Assembly: GCA_028534125.1 (NCBI GenBank)
Contig: CM052817.1
Coordinates: 102,550,001-102,614,000 of the forward strand
Source of the DNA: Lama glama
Taxonomy: Eukaryota
DNA length: 64,000 nucleotides
Direction of reading: 5' to 3'
Made by a program: the position numbers and the translations under genes. How positions within the stretch are numbered: position 1 is the stretch's first letter; every line of letters begins with the position of its first letter. The notes under the pieces were generated by a model. It was not told where the DNA came from. It saw only the letters and a program-made list of their open reading frames with translations, and did not search any database. Shown piece after piece: positions 51,728-64,000 of the stretch.

Positions 51728-52230
51728 TGTAGTCAGGAAGAACAGATCTGACTCCGTATGAGATCTGCTCCTTTAGCTCTAACCCTGGGCTCTGTTTCCT
51801 GTGCTGAGTCCTGCTGGTTCTGCACCTGTTGTAAAAGAATGTTGCCTAGAGCCTGAAATAGACAGGAGAGCCCATTCTCAAGGCTCTGACCTTTAAGGGT
51901 GTAACACTTTTCCATTCATATACAGATAAAAAGTTGCAGAAGACAGAATAACGTTTGTCTTGTTGGAGGTTTTGTCTTGTTATTTGTGGACAGCTGCAAG
52001 AAAAAAGGATTCTGACACCAAGAAGTTTGCAACAACCCCCCCCCCCCCCACTTATAGCATAAAAAGAGCCTAAATTCTAACTTGGGTAAGATGGTTCTCT
52101 AGGACATTAGACCCCCATCTTCTCGGTCTGCTTATTTCCAAATAAGGTCATTATTCCTTGCCCCAACACATCATCTCCTGATCTAATGGCCTGTCATGCA
52201 GCGAGCAGAATGAGTTTGGACTCCGTAACA
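51728..52230 (+). mobile_element. ERV1-type solo LTR
   Basis: TG...CA termini, TATA-like 'cataaaaa', U5 ending 'gagtttggactccgtaaca'. Confidence 0.8.
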
Positions 52231-53424
52231 AAAGCTTGTCCCAGATTGGTGATGGCTGGGGAACACTGAATCTAGGAGGCATTGCAGGTCAAAATTCTTC
52301 AGTATTTAATATATGATGAAATATGTAATGCAAGTCAAAAAGAATTAATGCAAAGTAACTAAAGAAAAATGGTGATTCTATTATGTCAATGGAGAAGTTG
52401 GTGGCAGGGATGGTAAGCTCAACTTCTAATGTGGTGGTTTTTTATGCCTTTGAGACAGTCTAATGTGGGTAAAAAGTGTAGGCTTGGAGATGCCAATTTT
52501 GTTCTATTCCCAGTTCAACTCTATTGTAAATGATGTGACTTTCAACTAAGTTATTAACTTCTCTGACCCTCAGTTAAAAGAGTGAGTAATAATTACCCTA
52601 GAGTAGTTTTAAGGATGAAAGGAGCTAATTTTTGCTTGATAAAAGCATCAAAATTGTAGCCCTTGCTACCATCCAGATGGAAACATTTGGAGGTAAGTGG
52701 GGGATGTGGCATCAGTAAGAGAGAGATGCCATATCCGGGTGTGAGAATTGGATATTCTCCTTCTTGGAGGTGCAAGACAAAATGAGAATGGAATGCAGGA
52801 GAGAAGCACGAACTGAAACTTAGGAGAAAGATATTGCACAGTGCTCACACACTTTGAGTGCCAATAAACATTTTTGAATAAAACAAATAAAGAGAGATTG
52901 AGGTTTAGTGGTGGGTGGAAGAAAAGGAGCCATAAAAATGAGAGAAAACTCTTCAGGAAGTAGTAGGAAGAACCTTTCTCTGAAAGTTAAATATTTAGTG
53001 TAAGGATAATAATAGTGTCTAAGGGCTGGCTGTACACCAGGCATCACAGATGTTCATTTATCTATATCCTACGGCATAAGCATTACTTACATAGGAGGAA
53101 ACTGAAGTCTAGAAAATGTATGTAGGTGGTAAGTTCGTTCCAAACCACTGTTCTGTATTGCCTCTACTCTAGCTAGCAAATGTAATTGATGAATAATTAG
53201 GTGATTGCCCTGCTATTTTATACCTATTAGGACAAAAACAGTATTAGTCCACTTGAGACATTAAATAGAATATTAATATTATTAATTTTTTTCCATATAG
53301 AGGTTACTCTATCATCATTCATTCTATCTTAATAGTGACTGTTGAAATAATGTGAGGGAGAAGAACATGGAATCTGTGTTTCAAAATCAAATTTGACTAT
53401 TGACTTGATTCTTTTATATTTCAA

Positions 53425-53548
53425 AATTATTTTGGGGGGGTAGATAATTAGGCTTATTTATTTGTTTAAATGGAGGTGCTTGGGGATCAAACCCAGGACC
53501 TCATGCATGCTAAGCGCCTGCTCTACCACTGAGCTACACCCTCCCTCC
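53425..53548 (-). mobile_element. tRNA-derived camelid SINE (Vic-1-like)
   Basis: 'cccaggacctcatgcatgctaagcgcctgctctaccactgagctacaccctccc'. Confidence 0.9.
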
Positions 53549-56500
53549 CTTGACCTGGTTTTTAATGCAACACTGCTATTTGTTAAACTCCGTTAGGCAT
53601 CCCGCATGGAACAGCCACACATACACAGAAGGCTTTGCGTCTGCTTTTGCAAAAGACGCGTTAACTCAAAGTGGAGGGAGGCATAGCAATCATATGCACA
53701 TGGACCAGGTAGCTACAGTATAGGGCTGTATGATTAAAATGCAGGTTCTGAGCCAGGAGGTCGGGGGTGGGGACCTAGATTCCGTCTTTCTAACAAGCCT
53801 CAGGTGATTCCCATGCTCCTGATCAGTCCATGGGCCACCTTTCAAAGTTCCAGGTCACATTTACAGTGTGGACTGGTTTCTGTGAGGGTGCAAATTGTAA
53901 AAGGTCTTTAAGATGTTTGTTGTCGTTGCTCTAAAAGATATAAGAATGGATGGGCAGAAGCATAAAGCATCATTGCGTTAGACAAGGCTGTGTTAGTCTA
54001 AGACAAAGTGTTTCCCCTTTTTCCCTGTGTTACAGATTATTTGCTGTATATTCGTTTGCTACGTTCACTAGGTAAAGTCAAATCCCAGGCAAAACTGGGT
54101 GGTAGGTGTCACTGTCTCACAGTGACAGATAATGAGGTTTTGGAGAAAAGCAATGATAATTAGAAGAATACACATTTTCTAACTGAATTTATATTCTGAC
54201 ATGGGGAAGTATCAATATTAATGTGAAACTCACGATGGTGATTTTTATTTATGAGGCAGATGCATATGAGGAGATGTTTATAAAAAATGTAAATATGTAA
54301 ATTACACTTTATACGGAGGCAGGCAGAATTTTTAACTGAGTTAGAGAAAGTCAGGATTATAGTATGGTAGGAGAATGGGACTCAAAGGAAATAGCAGAAA
54401 ACCATTTTTTCCCCCTGAGTAACATGAAGGGATATGGGATTTGGGACTAATCACCAAACAAGATGATTTAGAAAGTAATTTTCTTGATTTCAGTTTACTA
54501 TTTTATTTTTAGACTTCTTAAATTTTAGCTTGACCTTTTGAAAGCGGGGAATTTTCTATTTTTCTCCTCTTATAGATCTAGGTAGTGAATTCAATTCGAT
54601 TTACTGGAAGAATTTTCAGAGTTACTATGTGTAAGATGTTATGGGGGAGCAATTCTGTATAAGACATAAAAGCACATGGAGCATTATTGTGACCCGTAGT
54701 TATATGTATGCAGCAAAAATCTAAAACATATGAGGACAGCACGTATTGACTTCAGTCCTGTTTATTCTTGGAAAGAGAAGGAGGGAAATGAAATGTGGAG
54801 ACTGGGCTAACCATAACCATATTTGTGATACTTTAAATATTTTTAGAAGATCTGAAATAAAGCTTGTAGTTATATATCATTGAATGTTATTATTATTGAT
54901 ATAATATTTAAAAATATAAGTTGTGAGTACACAGGTGCTTATTATTTTCTGTATGTTTGAAATATTTCATAGTGAAAGAAAAATTATCCCTCCCTTTCAA
55001 GGGATTTACTAGTATGGAGTAAGAATTCATAAAACGTGATTGCAGTCAAGTAGCTTTTGCTTTCTGAAGTGGAGGCAAATCCAGTGAAGATCCCTGTGTT
55101 TAAGGTTTGGGGACTGACTTTTTGAGCATGTTTAGGTACTTTTGATAAGGCCTCTCTGTACTTCCTGTGTGAGACATGTTTGGTTTGGGGTTGGGAGATG
55201 AAACATATGTAGATAATTTGTTATAGATTTTAGGTTATTCCAAGCTTATGGCAAAGTCATGAATCCAAGAAAACACTAATAAATGGACATTTTCTCATGC
55301 CATATGGTTACTAAGTTTAGAACATCTATTCTTTTGTGTTGTGAGTTGCCCAGGACTGAGGGATTCATCCGAATAAGGATGTTTCAGTGCTAAAATTGGG
55401 ACAGTTACAGGCAGACTGGGACGGCTGGTCACTCTGCTATCAGGTGCCATTTTAGAATGATGAAAGGAAACCCTGTATTTTGCTCTTGAGAACAGTTTGT
55501 TGAGGTTAATGAACCCCATCTGTGTCTCCCAGGCTGGGGTAGGGGTACTTTGTCCAGTTATGCAACCGCATAAGGAAAAGAGCATAGGTGAGGAAGTGGT
55601 AAGCCATGATTCATTCAAAAAATTAGAAAGGTATCAAAGACGAAGAGGATTTTGAGAAATATCTTATGTAATCAGCCAGTAGGAAGTGCAATGGACTGGT
55701 TAGCCTTTATTAGCAAAGTTTTGTAACTAATCTTTGATGCATCTTCTAACAATTAAATTTTTCATGTGAATCAAGAAAGTAACAGCCTGAAAAAAGGTAG
55801 CAGGGTAGTTGATAAGAAAGGGGAACTGAAAAGTTTTTTATTGAGAAATATACTCAAGAGCTTGGAAATCAGAAAAGAGGTCTGTCAAACACTGAAAAAA
55901 ACAGATATTTTCAATCTTCAAAAGCAAATAAGTTCAAGCAGTTTCATTAGACTTGTCTGAACTTATACTCCTGAATATTTTGCCGGGGTGGGGAAGAAAT
56001 TAGGAAAAGGTTTCATGATACAAAATGTGCTAAGGTAGAGCTCAAGTGGAGTTTGCTTTGTTTCATCAGCCTGCAAAGTAAGAAAATGGAAGAACTAAAT
56101 TTTTAATCTTACGTTTTGACTTCCTAAAATATATTCTCATGTATTCTACACACAGTGCCAAGAGCACAATTCACTTCGATACATGCATTCGGAATTCTAT
56201 CAGAGCTTTCCTGGCCAGTCATTTTGATAAGGCAAGGATGGGAAGTATTTCTAGCTAAATTGGGGACCTGCTAAGTTCTTGTGATTAATTGCACTCAAAC
56301 TTATCTTTTCTCAGGGATAGAGAAACAAAGAGGAAGTGCAGTTTAGAGAGAATGTTTTCCCAGGAAATGATAGAGCACAAACCTTTAGAAATACAGTAAT
56401 TTCAGGAACAACTGCTCCTCATTCTTATTATTAGTATTTGTTGAAATAAATAATTTGGTTTATTATAGAGAATATTTTGGCTAAAATAATGAAGCATTGC

Positions 56501-57179
56501 TCATTATAAACAAAGAAATGACATCTGGATTGCTGCTGGAATCAGTTATTAACCTGGCTCTATTTCAGCAAAACAATTCTAGGGTCTAATCTTTGAGGTT
56601 TGAAGATAGCATCCTTCCCCCATTTCTCCAGCACACCCTCCATCTCAGCAGCTCCGCACCATCTGGAGGTGGTGTCAGGAAGCCCTAAGTCATGTAGTCA
56701 TTTCTATCTTGTGAGGATGAGCTTAAACTAGAGAATAAGTGGGCTGCCAGCCAGCAGCTGGAGGTTAGGAATTTGCCCCTCGAACCAGAATGAAACTTGG
56801 GCGGTGATTCTGCAGCCCATCCTTGGGGTTCAGGGGTAAGAGCTACAATAGAGGAAAACCTCAGCAAGGAGTCAAGGAGATCTCACCTTACATGAGCTTC
56901 TGTCAGTCACGTGCAGCTCCACCTTAAACAGCTAAGTTGTCCTACAGAGGGTGGCATTTCTGATCACGTCATGCCTGTTGGGAAGGGCAGAGGTTGTAAG
57001 TGAAAAAGCAGAGGAATGGGATTCCTGGTCCCGTCAACACTGAACAACGGCTGGACCCAAACCCCGGCAAGCTGAGTAGTGACCAGATCTTCCAGCAGAG
57101 GGCAGTGCAGCAGACTTTTTGGTGAAGAGGGACTTGGGTCCAGAGGATATAGGTTTGAAGAATATTCATTGAGAGACTT

Positions 57180-57665
57180 CTTTTTTTAATTGAAATATAA
57201 TCAGTTCACAATGTTGTGTCAATTTCTGCTGTACAGCACAACAGTTCAGTCATACATATATATATACATTCATTTGTTTTCATATTCTTTTTCATTATAG
57301 GTTACTACAAGATATTGAATATAGCTCCCTGTGCTATACAGTATAAACATGTTTATCTATTTTATATATATTAATTAGTATCTGCAAATCTCGAACTCCT
57401 GATTTATCCTTTCCCACCCCCTTTCCCCCCTGGTAACAAAAAGATTTTTTTCTTTTGTTTGTTTTCCATTTTCTTTTTCATTAAATGTTGTTACAATATA
57501 TTGAATATAGTTCCCTGTGCTATACAGAAAAAAATTTTTTAAATCTATTTTATATACAGTGGTTAATATTTGCAAATCTCGAACTCCCAAATTTATCCCT
57601 TCTCATCCCCTTTTCCCCTGGTAACCATGAGATTGTTTACTCTGTCTGCCATTCTGTTTCTGTTC
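57180..57665 (-). mobile_element. Young L1 3' end with a duplicated 3' UTR segment
   Basis: Block 'atattgaatatag.tccctgtgctatacag...tgcaaatctcgaactcc...cctggtaac' present twice. Confidence 0.85.
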
Positions 57666-59610
57666 CTCATCAAGGGACATTTGGTAATTCCTGAAGAACT
57701 GAAGGGCTATGGTATATTGTGAGACTAAGGGTTGCTGCTACCTCTCTGTACTGTGTGGCAGGATGAGGTGTTTTTGTTTCTTCTTTTCCTCATTTTTGCT
57801 GAAAACGGAGTACTTTTAGCATAATTATGTATTGGAGTTATTATGAAAGACAGTATCAGTAAGAGAAGCTTTTTTTTTTTTCCTGTTGATTGAGACTGTG
57901 GAGCATGGTTCCCTGTGGACTGGAATGTGACCCGGTAAAAATAGCAAAAAATACTATTTTGCACCAGGCATGTTCATCACTAGCTTCCATTCTCATCTGG
58001 TAATGCTGCTTACCTGTCCTCCTCTTGGATGTTGCAGGTCACCAGGGAAAGATGCAGAAGGTTTCCCCTTTCCATGAAACTCTCTTCTGCTCCAATGTGC
58101 TTTGCATTCTGAGGAAAGGGTGTCTGTGTCCAAGGATGTCGAATGGGAAATTTTCTTGTGTTCTGGAATAGAAGTGGCAATAAAGACAGTCACGATGTCC
58201 ACGAATGACCCAGCCCTTTTGTGAGATAAATATTTCTGGCACCAGGGCTACAGAAATTCTAGTCAAGATTTGTTTTAACAGTAGTGTTCGGACATTAAAG
58301 GAAAAGAGTTGCAGCTCACAAAACGCAGCACAAATATAGTAGATTTCAGTTTAACAGCCGTCCCATCTTCAAAGTCATGTTTTCACAAGTCCTTTGGTCA
58401 GCTGAAATTTTCACCTACTCCCTAAATTCAGGCTGGCCTGACACACATCTTCCAAATAGAATCCCTTTATCTTCCTGGATAAATCCATTCCTTCCTGCTG
58501 AGCCTGAAGAATCACTTGAGTGTCTTCCTCGGGTGTCCGTTTGTAATGAATTATGTCATTTACTGTCCATTCAGCTGTGAGAGGGCTTCAGAGGGGCACT
58601 GCGTGCTCCCCATGGGCACACGATGTCTGCACAGAGGACTCTGAAGTCACATCTGCTAAGGGTGAGCTGGTTCCTATTGCTACTCTGGTCCACCCACCGG
58701 CAGCGACTCCCTGGAAACAGACACCAGAAGCATCTTGTTGTACGTTAGTAAACGTACAACAACTAACACGTAGTCTTAGAAGGGCACTGGTGGTCAGCCC
58801 ACATTCTAGGGTTTTAAATAAAGGACTTTGACTAACGACAGCAAAGCTACATGTTGTTTGCTTGAGATTTGGAAGAAGGGGCTGGCTGGGGACCCTGATA
58901 TTTCCTCCCACGTGCTCTTCCCAAGACTTTTGAAGGTGCCCCAACCCCAGTCCTTGTGTGTCTGTATGCTTGGGTGGGAAAACGTGGTGCCCTCTTTGTG
59001 TTCCTCTAGCTCACATCAAGCACAAAGTGTCCTGCTCTGGGAAACTAGTGCTTGGTGGTTAAGCACACGAATTCAGACTGCCTGGGTCTGTGTTCTAGTT
59101 TCACAACTCAAATGGCCATATAACCCTGGGATGCGCCGAATATCTCTCACCCCAGAGATTTAATCAGGTGGTCAACAGGCTACCTCTTTAGTGTCATGAG
59201 GATTGAATGGAATAAATTTGAAAAGCATCTGATCTATATAATAAAATGTTTTTATTTTTCTGTTTATTTTTGATACTTCTTGTGGATATATATTCTGTTG
59301 CTCCCTCATCTTCCTTCCTGCAATCTGTTCAGGCAGTTGTGAGATTATTATAAGAAAGTCTCAGGCAGCCTTAGCAGAGAGGACATGGGTGGGATAAAGA
59401 AGAATGGGGACAATATACTTGGAGAGCTTAAGTTCTATCTGAATGAAATACGGAATCTCTCCACGGTCCTCCATTATACTTGGGTGGATACGTGGAAGGT
59501 TCTCCTGGAGGGGACACTATCACAGTGAGTGACATGTGGTTCCCAAATCTATGCAAGGCTCAGAATTGATCACCTGGGAAAACTCAAAAACTATTCCATG
59601 AGATGGGATC

Positions 59611-60262
59611 AGTTGATCTGAAATTGAGCAAGACCCAGCAGGGTCTTCCCGGGGACAGACTCCCTACCTCTGTTTGCCCCCGTCTCTTCTTTGTAGGAAA
59701 GTTTTAGCTTCCTAGGCTTTCCCTAAGTTCCAAAGGTCAAATTTAATCAGAGAAGTGAGAAAATGCAGAAACAAAAGGAAGCAGTCAAGCAAGGCAAAAT
59801 AATAATAGTTTAGACATAAAACAAAGTCAAGCACCTTCAGTTCCTCCTCAAAGTCTATAGATAATATCCTGAGCCACATCCTTGAGCTGTTTTGCAGAGA
59901 CTAAAACCCCCACCAGGTGGAGGACGTTGACTGCATCCTGACCAGCAAGTGGACCTCACACTGGTTGGAACCAGAAGGTTGATGACTGAGATTCCCAAAG
60001 CATCACCCTGCTACCTCATCACCAGCCAATCAGAGAATTGTGCACCAGCTGATCATGTACCTTGTGACCCTCTTCTCATGCTGACTTTAATAACCCTTCC
60101 CTGAAAGCCATCGGGGAGTTTGGGTCTTTGGAGCGCAAGCTGCCCGTTCTCCTTGGTTGGCGCCCTTCAATAAATGCTGAAATTTCTTTCACTACAACAC
60201 AGTGTCGGTAGCTTGGCTTTGCTGAATGTCAGGTGAGCAGATCCAAGCTCAGTTCAGCAATA
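59611..60262 (+). mobile_element. ERV1-type solo LTR
   Basis: CCAAT box, AATAAA at about 60169, candidate 4-bp TSD gatc on both sides. Confidence 0.8.
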
Positions 60263-62756
60263 GATCTGGGGTGATCATGGGAATTTCTGTGTCTAAAATG
60301 TTCCCACTTGATTTTGATGATAAATCTTATTTATCTTGCCCAGTGGAATTAATAGAATTTGGGAATAAGAATGAAGGTGAAAACTGCATGGTATTTATGC
60401 ACAAAAAAGATACTGAATGATATTTCCATTACCATTCCAATGATGGTCTTAAATAAACTTGACGTTGGCATCAATTTGTGGAGTTATGTCTGAGAAAAGT
60501 CCCTTATGCTGGGGGCAAGAGAATAGCAGGTGAGGACAGGTATTAGATATATTGCATTATCTATTTTATTTCTGCAACTTTAGTGTCAAATTTACATACC
60601 TTGACTGACATGATGCACTTTGGGGAGGAAATTACAAATCAGTAAGAACATTGAAAGATTGGCTTTCTTGGAACACACTCAGTCACAACTGAGGCCATTG
60701 TTATCCAAGAGCCATGTTTACAGCTCTGCAAATACTGTTTCTACCTGCCTGCCATCTGGACAAAAGAGGGGAAGTAGAGGCTTTGAACAACAGCCAAGCC
60801 CAGAACAAAATATGGGCTGGCAGTCTTATTTTCTTTGTAGTCAATCAATAACCAAATAGCTAACTTAAACTTTGGGATTAGGGACAGTGAAGAGTTTTAA
60901 GGAAAATTTACCTTCATCCTCACTCTTACCAGATCTTGAGATAGGTACCTGTGCTGAAAAATGATTTGAGGAATGCAATGAATGGCTCTTCCATGGAGTA
61001 AAAAGACTAATTTGTTGTTTTCATTGATAAGGTCCCTGAATAATGGCTCCAGTCTTTATCAACTCTGCCAGCCTAGGAAATAATAAAAGCAGCAGTACAG
61101 GACCTGAATAATTCTTGACTCGCTTGAAGTCTATTTCTGCCCGACGACAACTCATCTCCAAATCACCAGTTTGTTTAGTTTAGTGACAGAAGATACCTCC
61201 TGCTGCATCTTTCCTTGGAGGAGTTGGCACAGCAGGTCACATGGCTCAGCCTTCTCCAAATTCTCCTTAGACAGCTGCCCCCCAGGGTAACTGCTAGACT
61301 CTCTCCTCTCTTCCTCTGCAGGACCTTCATTGCCACGCTGCTCTCCCTCACCTCTCCTTTCTCTTCCATCCAAACCATGGATCCACTACACAGGACAGTT
61401 GCTGTTACACAGCTTCCTGTAAGTGGTCTTTGAGCTCCAATCTTATTTTTCATCTCAGCAAATGAATGAAAGTGTCTAAACCATCTTTAATATAGTACAG
61501 TTACTATTATTACCATTGCCACTAGCTTACTATTACTACTGCTGAAGTTAACTGAAGGTCAAAAGAACTTTAATCAGAATTTGATATTTGGGAAGCTTGT
61601 TAAAATGTTTCAAAACATTTGGTCTGATAGACCAAAGGATATACGTGATTACATTTAGGGACCATCCGGCTAAGCCTCTCCAGATCCTTTACTTATTCAC
61701 ATCGTTAGCCATATAAAGTGACAGTCACTCTTCTGCAATATAAGGTGATATTCACAGGCTCTGGGGATTAGAACACAGATTTCTGGGGGTCATGATATAA
61801 AGCAATTTTTGTTTTGTTCTGTTTATCTTGTGGAGTGCTGGTTTACCTGCATAAAGCTGATCCTGTGTTAAATAAAAATGTTTAACTGATGTGACACAGA
61901 AAACAACCCCTCAGGAGATTACTGGTGTCATGAGTGCATTGTGTAGTAGTTGAATGTCAACCTTGTCTAGGAAATAATTTTAGCACTTCAGAAGGTAAGT
62001 GCAATTGATTGAACTATTAATACATTAAGATAGAGGTTTTTCTCACTGTTCATTATGATGGATGACACTCGTACTTTTAACATTGTAAAGTGATTACAGA
62101 ATGGAAATCATAAGAAGGGCTTCAGTTAACAATGTCTCTAGTTCATGACTGGATTGTTTTTCTAGCCTCCGTAGCCTGTGTTTCCAAGTTGCCCTTTACA
62201 CCACAATCTGGTCTCCTTTCTTTTAAAAGTATCCCAGTGATAACTTTTCACGACCACAATATCATTCTTAGATATGAAATTCATTTTGAGAGCGGGACTC
62301 AGGCAATGTTTATTGACACTTGGAGCAGCTACATAATTATAGAAATGAAATTCTGAGGATGACAATCACTTGGATATTAAAAATGATAGTAGAGGATTTG
62401 TGTCAACTAATCTTAGGCTGCTGAGACAGTCTCGAAATTAAAAGGTTGTTTTTATTCATTTTTTTGTACTTCTTAGTGGATTTTTTTGAAGTATGACTGT
62501 GTTTATCCATATTATTATTATGAGTAATTTCCGGTAGAACTGGAATGCCACAAATTTCGATCAGTTGTTTGGCTGTTTTTAATTAGATAGTTATTTGGCT
62601 AATATAGGTTGTTGTCTTGAAGATGGATTGACTCTTCAAAAGTAAATGTCCTCGGCATGGAGTCTGTAATGATCCAGGAAAGTGATCGAGCTCTAACTTG
62701 CTTTTCAGACATAGTTGGTCGTAGGGCATGCCATTAGACATCTGTTTCCTCTGGGA

Positions 62757-62920
62757 CAGTGGTTCTCAATCTTGGCTGTACCTTAGAATTACCTGATAAA
62801 AATACTGATGTGGAGACAAATTACAAAGGATTCTCTGAAGACGGTGTCTAGTCTTCAGTACTTGGTAAACTCTCCAAGTGATTGCAGTGTGCAGGTGAGT
62901 TTGGGAACCAAACAACTGCT
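62757..62920. mobile_element. MER5B-like MITE
   Basis: 'cagtggttctcaatcttggctgtaccttagaattacctg...ctctccaagtgattgcagtgtgcag'. Confidence 0.8.
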
Positions 62921-64000
62921 CTAGGAGGAAATAGTCCTGGCTCTTCTTCCAGTTTAGATGAGTCCTTAGAAATAACTTCTGCAAGAGATCCTAAAGGTCC
63001 ATAGTGTCATCATATTATCATAAGACTAGGATTGTATATTTTAAAAAGTTAGACATTCAGATGTTTCTGCCACTTGCTACTAAGAATGAGGTTTTTTGGT
63101 TACCGTGTTGAGGAAGAGCATGGCAAGAATCATAAAATCTATCGTACTAGCCCCCAAGCATGTCTAACTATCAACCATTCAAGACAAAGTTGTATCCATT
63201 TTATAATTTAACCATGGTATATTTCCCTTGCCACCCTCAGATGCTGCCTCTCATCATTTTACTGCTGACTAGTAAATCCATATGATGCTGCTGAGGGACA
63301 AGAGATACACTGAATAAACAGGAGAATAAAGTTAAAAGGATTTCCCAAAGTAAAATTTTAAATATATTAAAAAATATGGATTCTGTACATTTTATAGAAA
63401 TTACACATGCTCATTATAAGAAAAAAATTTAAATGCAGAAAATTTGAAAGCAACATACAGGGGGAAAAACTCACATTTAGAAATAATCAGTGTTAATGTT
63501 TCATTAAAAATAAGCCCAACTAGTTCTTCATGTATATATACTGATAGCAGGATTATATAGATAAATACACATTTTTAAGAGAATGGGACCCTATAATGTA
63601 TCATATTTTAATATTAAAATCATATTAATTTTGCTAGAATTAACAGAGAAAAACAAATTCCAATATAACTAAAGAAATTGTTGAGCTTTAGAGATACATG
63701 TTGTTGCCTATAAAATTCCTCTAGAATTCAGAAAAGATAGTATGATAACCATTAAGAATCTGGCATAAGCATATTCAAATTTTACAGAAAATTACTTGAC
63801 TTCTTAATATGGAATATGAAGAATTAGTATTTAAAATGTTTTCTACTTCCCTGCCACAACGTGCTGATCACTTTTACTTACAGTTTTACGTTGCTGTTTT
63901 TGAGCATTTACATTCTGATCTGCAACCATAATGTCTAGAGTTGTTGACATTAGTTCCCTTTCCATGGTTTCTCCATCCGTTATGATGACTGTTCCATAAA

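Overview
Mammalian genomic DNA, most likely camelid: it carries three copies of a short tRNA-derived SINE of the Vic-1 type plus young L1 3' ends. The window is repeat-rich (L1, L2, MIR, MLT1/MLT2 and ERV1 solo LTRs, hAT and Tigger DNA transposons), has a 500-N assembly gap at 25091-25590, and contains no host protein-coding gene I can identify. The notable feature is a ~5 kb stretch on the minus strand (about 45285 down to 40390) that looks like a heavily decayed endogenous paramyxovirus-like element. By-eye translation gives motifs that run collinear, at near-correct spacing, with paramyxovirus nucleoprotein (N). These are followed by a P-sized, disorder-like region with a largely open +1 frame, then matrix (M)-like motifs, giving the viral order N-P-M. 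Candidate AGG gene-start signals precede each gene, and later L1 and MER5-like insertions interrupt the element. All viral comparisons use reference proteins recalled from memory and need confirming with a frameshift-aware profile search.
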